A stretch of 32,000 bases of DNA. Origin: Candidatus Saccharimonadota bacterium (lineage in GTDB: Archaea > Nanobdellota > Nanobdellia > Pacearchaeales > GW2011-AR1). The notes under the pieces are model-generated. The model was not told the DNA's origin and made no database searches. It saw only the letters and a list, made by a program, of their open reading frames with translations. Each line of letters begins with the position of its first letter. Position 1 is the first letter of the stretch. The stretch covers positions 120,001-152,000 of the forward strand of contig JAFCEL010000001.1 in the NCBI GenBank assembly GCA_017609205.1, written 5' to 3'. Shown one piece after another: positions 30,413 to 32,000 of the stretch. The position numbers and the translations under genes were made by a program.

Positions 30413-30985
30413 ATGATTGAAATATTAGGAGACTTTAAAAAAATCTCAGGAAATTCCGCAATAATCTTTGATACAAGTTCATTAGTAAAACACTCTTCCT
30501 GCTCTAATGGAGGTAACGGAAATAGATGCCATAAGAGAAAATTTCTTCATGAATTAATTGATTCTCTTAATGACGGAAGAGAGATATTTATAACTGAAGA
30601 GGTCTTAAAAGAATATCTCAGATTTTTAAAAGGAAAATCAAAATGGATGAGACCCTATAGAAAACTAATAGATTCTTTCAATTCTAATGGAAGAATTTTT
30701 AATTACAACAAACTCCAGTATAGTGAACAAAAAGAATACAAAAGAATAGAGCAGACATATTACCATCTTGCAAAAAGACACAAACTCCATGGAGCAGATT
30801 TTGGATTATTTGTTACAGGAGTTATTTTCTCAAAAACATTCCCAGATGGTGCAGGATTAATCACCAATGATAAAGGAATTCGAAAGACAATAAAGGATTT
30901 TCTAGATTACTCTCCGAGTTATTCCAGCAAACTATGGACTGCTGAAAGAGAGGATATAAATTTATTCAAAAAAGTTGTCTATTAA
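30413..30985 (+). CDS. Hypothetical protein, possibly a PIN-domain nuclease
   Basis: Acidic residues are spaced as in PIN domains, in IIFDTSSL, FITEEVLKEY, HGADFGLF and LITNDKGI. The assignment rests on motif spacing only. Confidence 0.45.
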   Translation: MIEILGDFKKISGNSAIIFDTSSLVKHSSCSNGGNGNRCHKRKFLHELIDSLNDGREIFITEEVLKEYLRFLKGKSKWMRPYRKLIDSFNSNGRIFNYNKLQYSEQKEYKRIEQTYYHLAKRHKLHGADFGLFVTGVIFSKTFPDGAGLITNDKGIRKTIKDFLDYSPSYSSKLWTAEREDINLFKKVVY

Positions 30986-31038
30986 TTTACCTTTAAGTTG
31001 TAATAAATAAATATAAACAATTTTCTCTTGCTTATCTT

Positions 31039-32000
31039 ATGTCAGATGTCAAATTCGAGGTTATCAGAAAGATTGCAGAGGTGAAGTTCAAGTATAAAAA
31101 TCTTGGGGAAATCTCAAGAGTTGATTCAATATCTCCACCAAGTGTTTTTATTGGTTCTGGATTAAAATATCCCCAAGTTAATGTCGGAATTCTCTCACCA
31201 ATTGAAAAAGACAAGAATGCCTGGCTTTATGATGATGAAAGATATTGGGCAGAAAATGATTTTGAAATAAAAGAGGTTCTTCAACTAAGAAACAATCTTT
31301 TAAACTCAAGATTTCGGTCAAATGTCCAGGATTCCAGGCTCAATAAAAAATTTGTAGAAATTGCAAAAGAAGTAGCTATCTCTTACAGACCTGTAGATAT
31401 TGAAATAGAATTGAAAAACAGAATGAGATTTCAAAGAGAAAAAGACAGGATTGCAACACCTAATGGAATACGTGCTAGCCTTAAACAAGCAAGAATAACA
31501 GGGAATGTGAAAATTCACCGAAAGGTGGACAAAGTCATTAATGATGAGATAAGAGCATCAGAAGGGATCGAATACCTCTATAAAAGCAAGTTTGATGAAT
31601 ATGCCCTAAATCAAATTTTAAGTGTTGGTGTTCTTGGGATGAAAAAAGACAGAAAACTTGTTCCAACAAGGTGGAGCATCACAGCTACAGATGATATGAT
31701 TGGAAAATTTCTCATCAAAAAAATTAAAGAATATAAATGGATGGAAGATTATGAATTATTTTTTGGGGAATTTTTAGGTAATCAATATTTAATTCTATTT
31801 TTCCCTGATATATGGAGTTATGAATTATTTGAGTTATATCTTCCCAAAAGCTCATGGAATCCTTCTGGAGAGATAAAAGCCTCGACGGATTTTGAGGGAT
31901 ATTCTGGAAGAAAAGGATATGCTTTTGCAACTGCAGGTGGCTATTATGCAACTCGCCTTCCAATTTTAGAATACCTAAAAAGAATAAAGAGACAGGCAAG
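31039..32000 (+). CDS. nreA: NreA-like DNA repair protein (DUF650/DUF651, COG1602); the 3' end lies outside the window
   Basis: The ATG at 31039 opens a frame that runs to the window end and is not in the ORF track. The motifs ISPPSVFIGSGLKYPQVNVGILSP, KLVPTRWSITATDD and ATAGGYYATRL match my recollection of the Nre family. Confidence 0.65.
   Translation, partial: MSDVKFEVIRKIAEVKFKYKNLGEISRVDSISPPSVFIGSGLKYPQVNVGILSPIEKDKNAWLYDDERYWAENDFEIKEVLQLRNNLLNSRFRSNVQDSRLNKKFVEIAKEVAISYRPVDIEIELKNRMRFQREKDRIATPNGIRASLKQARITGNVKIHRKVDKVINDEIRASEGIEYLYKSKFDEYALNQILSVGVLGMKKDRKLVPTRWSITATDDMIGKFLIKKIKEYKWMEDYELFFGEFLGNQYLILFFPDIWSYELFELYLPKSSWNPSGEIKASTDFEGYSGRKGYAFATAGGYYATRLPILEYLKRIKRQA

Noticed and set aside
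1-32000. I searched by eye for CRISPR arrays, tRNA or rRNA genes, transposases, integrases and long direct repeats.
   Set aside because: I saw no regularly spaced short repeats, no GC-rich cloverleaf-capable segments in the few intergenic gaps, and no ORF with integrase or transposase motifs. The only long repeat found is the 110-nt inverted block reported above.

Overview
This is an AT-rich, very gene-dense archaeal chromosomal segment. The archaeal hallmarks are aRF1, RadB, RNA polymerase subunit L, a class I CCA-adding enzyme, Sec61-beta, RtcB with archease, an NreA-like protein and a presenilin homologue. Compact housekeeping proteins plus many Cys-rich surface proteins suggest a small-genome, DPANN-like archaeon; that assignment is inference only. 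Layout: (i) 2-6463 (+) is a type IV pilus-like locus with several class III signal peptide or pilin-like genes, a FlaI/PilB-family ATPase, a 54-aa coiled-coil ORF missed by the ORF track, and a platform protein split into two abutting single-T2SSF genes. (ii) 6490-8703 (-) encodes a secreted PKD, beta-helix and dockerin-like protein. (iii) 8788-13965 (+) carries archease, a possible ASCH remnant, rtcB, a Cys-rich membrane-anchored protein, a presenilin-like GxGD protease, a small hypothetical and a TrmB-family regulator. (iv) 13968-22469 (-) carries cca, a GTPase/DUF2073-like/Zn-finger/DUF2072-like module, three large Cys-rich surface proteins and a sub-threshold Sec61-beta gene. (v) 22520-32000 (+) carries valS, aRF1, scpB, a processive GT2 synthase with an overlapping membrane protein, an MBF1-like protein, rpoL, radB, a PIN-like protein and a partial nreA-like gene. 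I found no rRNA, tRNA, CRISPR array, transposase or integrase. The most unusual signal is a 110-nt block that is 109/110 identical and shared in inverted orientation by two otherwise diverged Cys-rich paralogues about 10.6 kb apart. The block ends exactly where their conserved N-terminal repeat region gives way to unrelated Cys-rich C-terminal domains. A second notable pattern is TATA-like boxes about 24-29 nt upstream of nearly every operon-initial ATG, which implies leaderless mRNAs. One of these is a palindromic TTTTAAAA centred exactly in a 50-nt divergent intergenic region.
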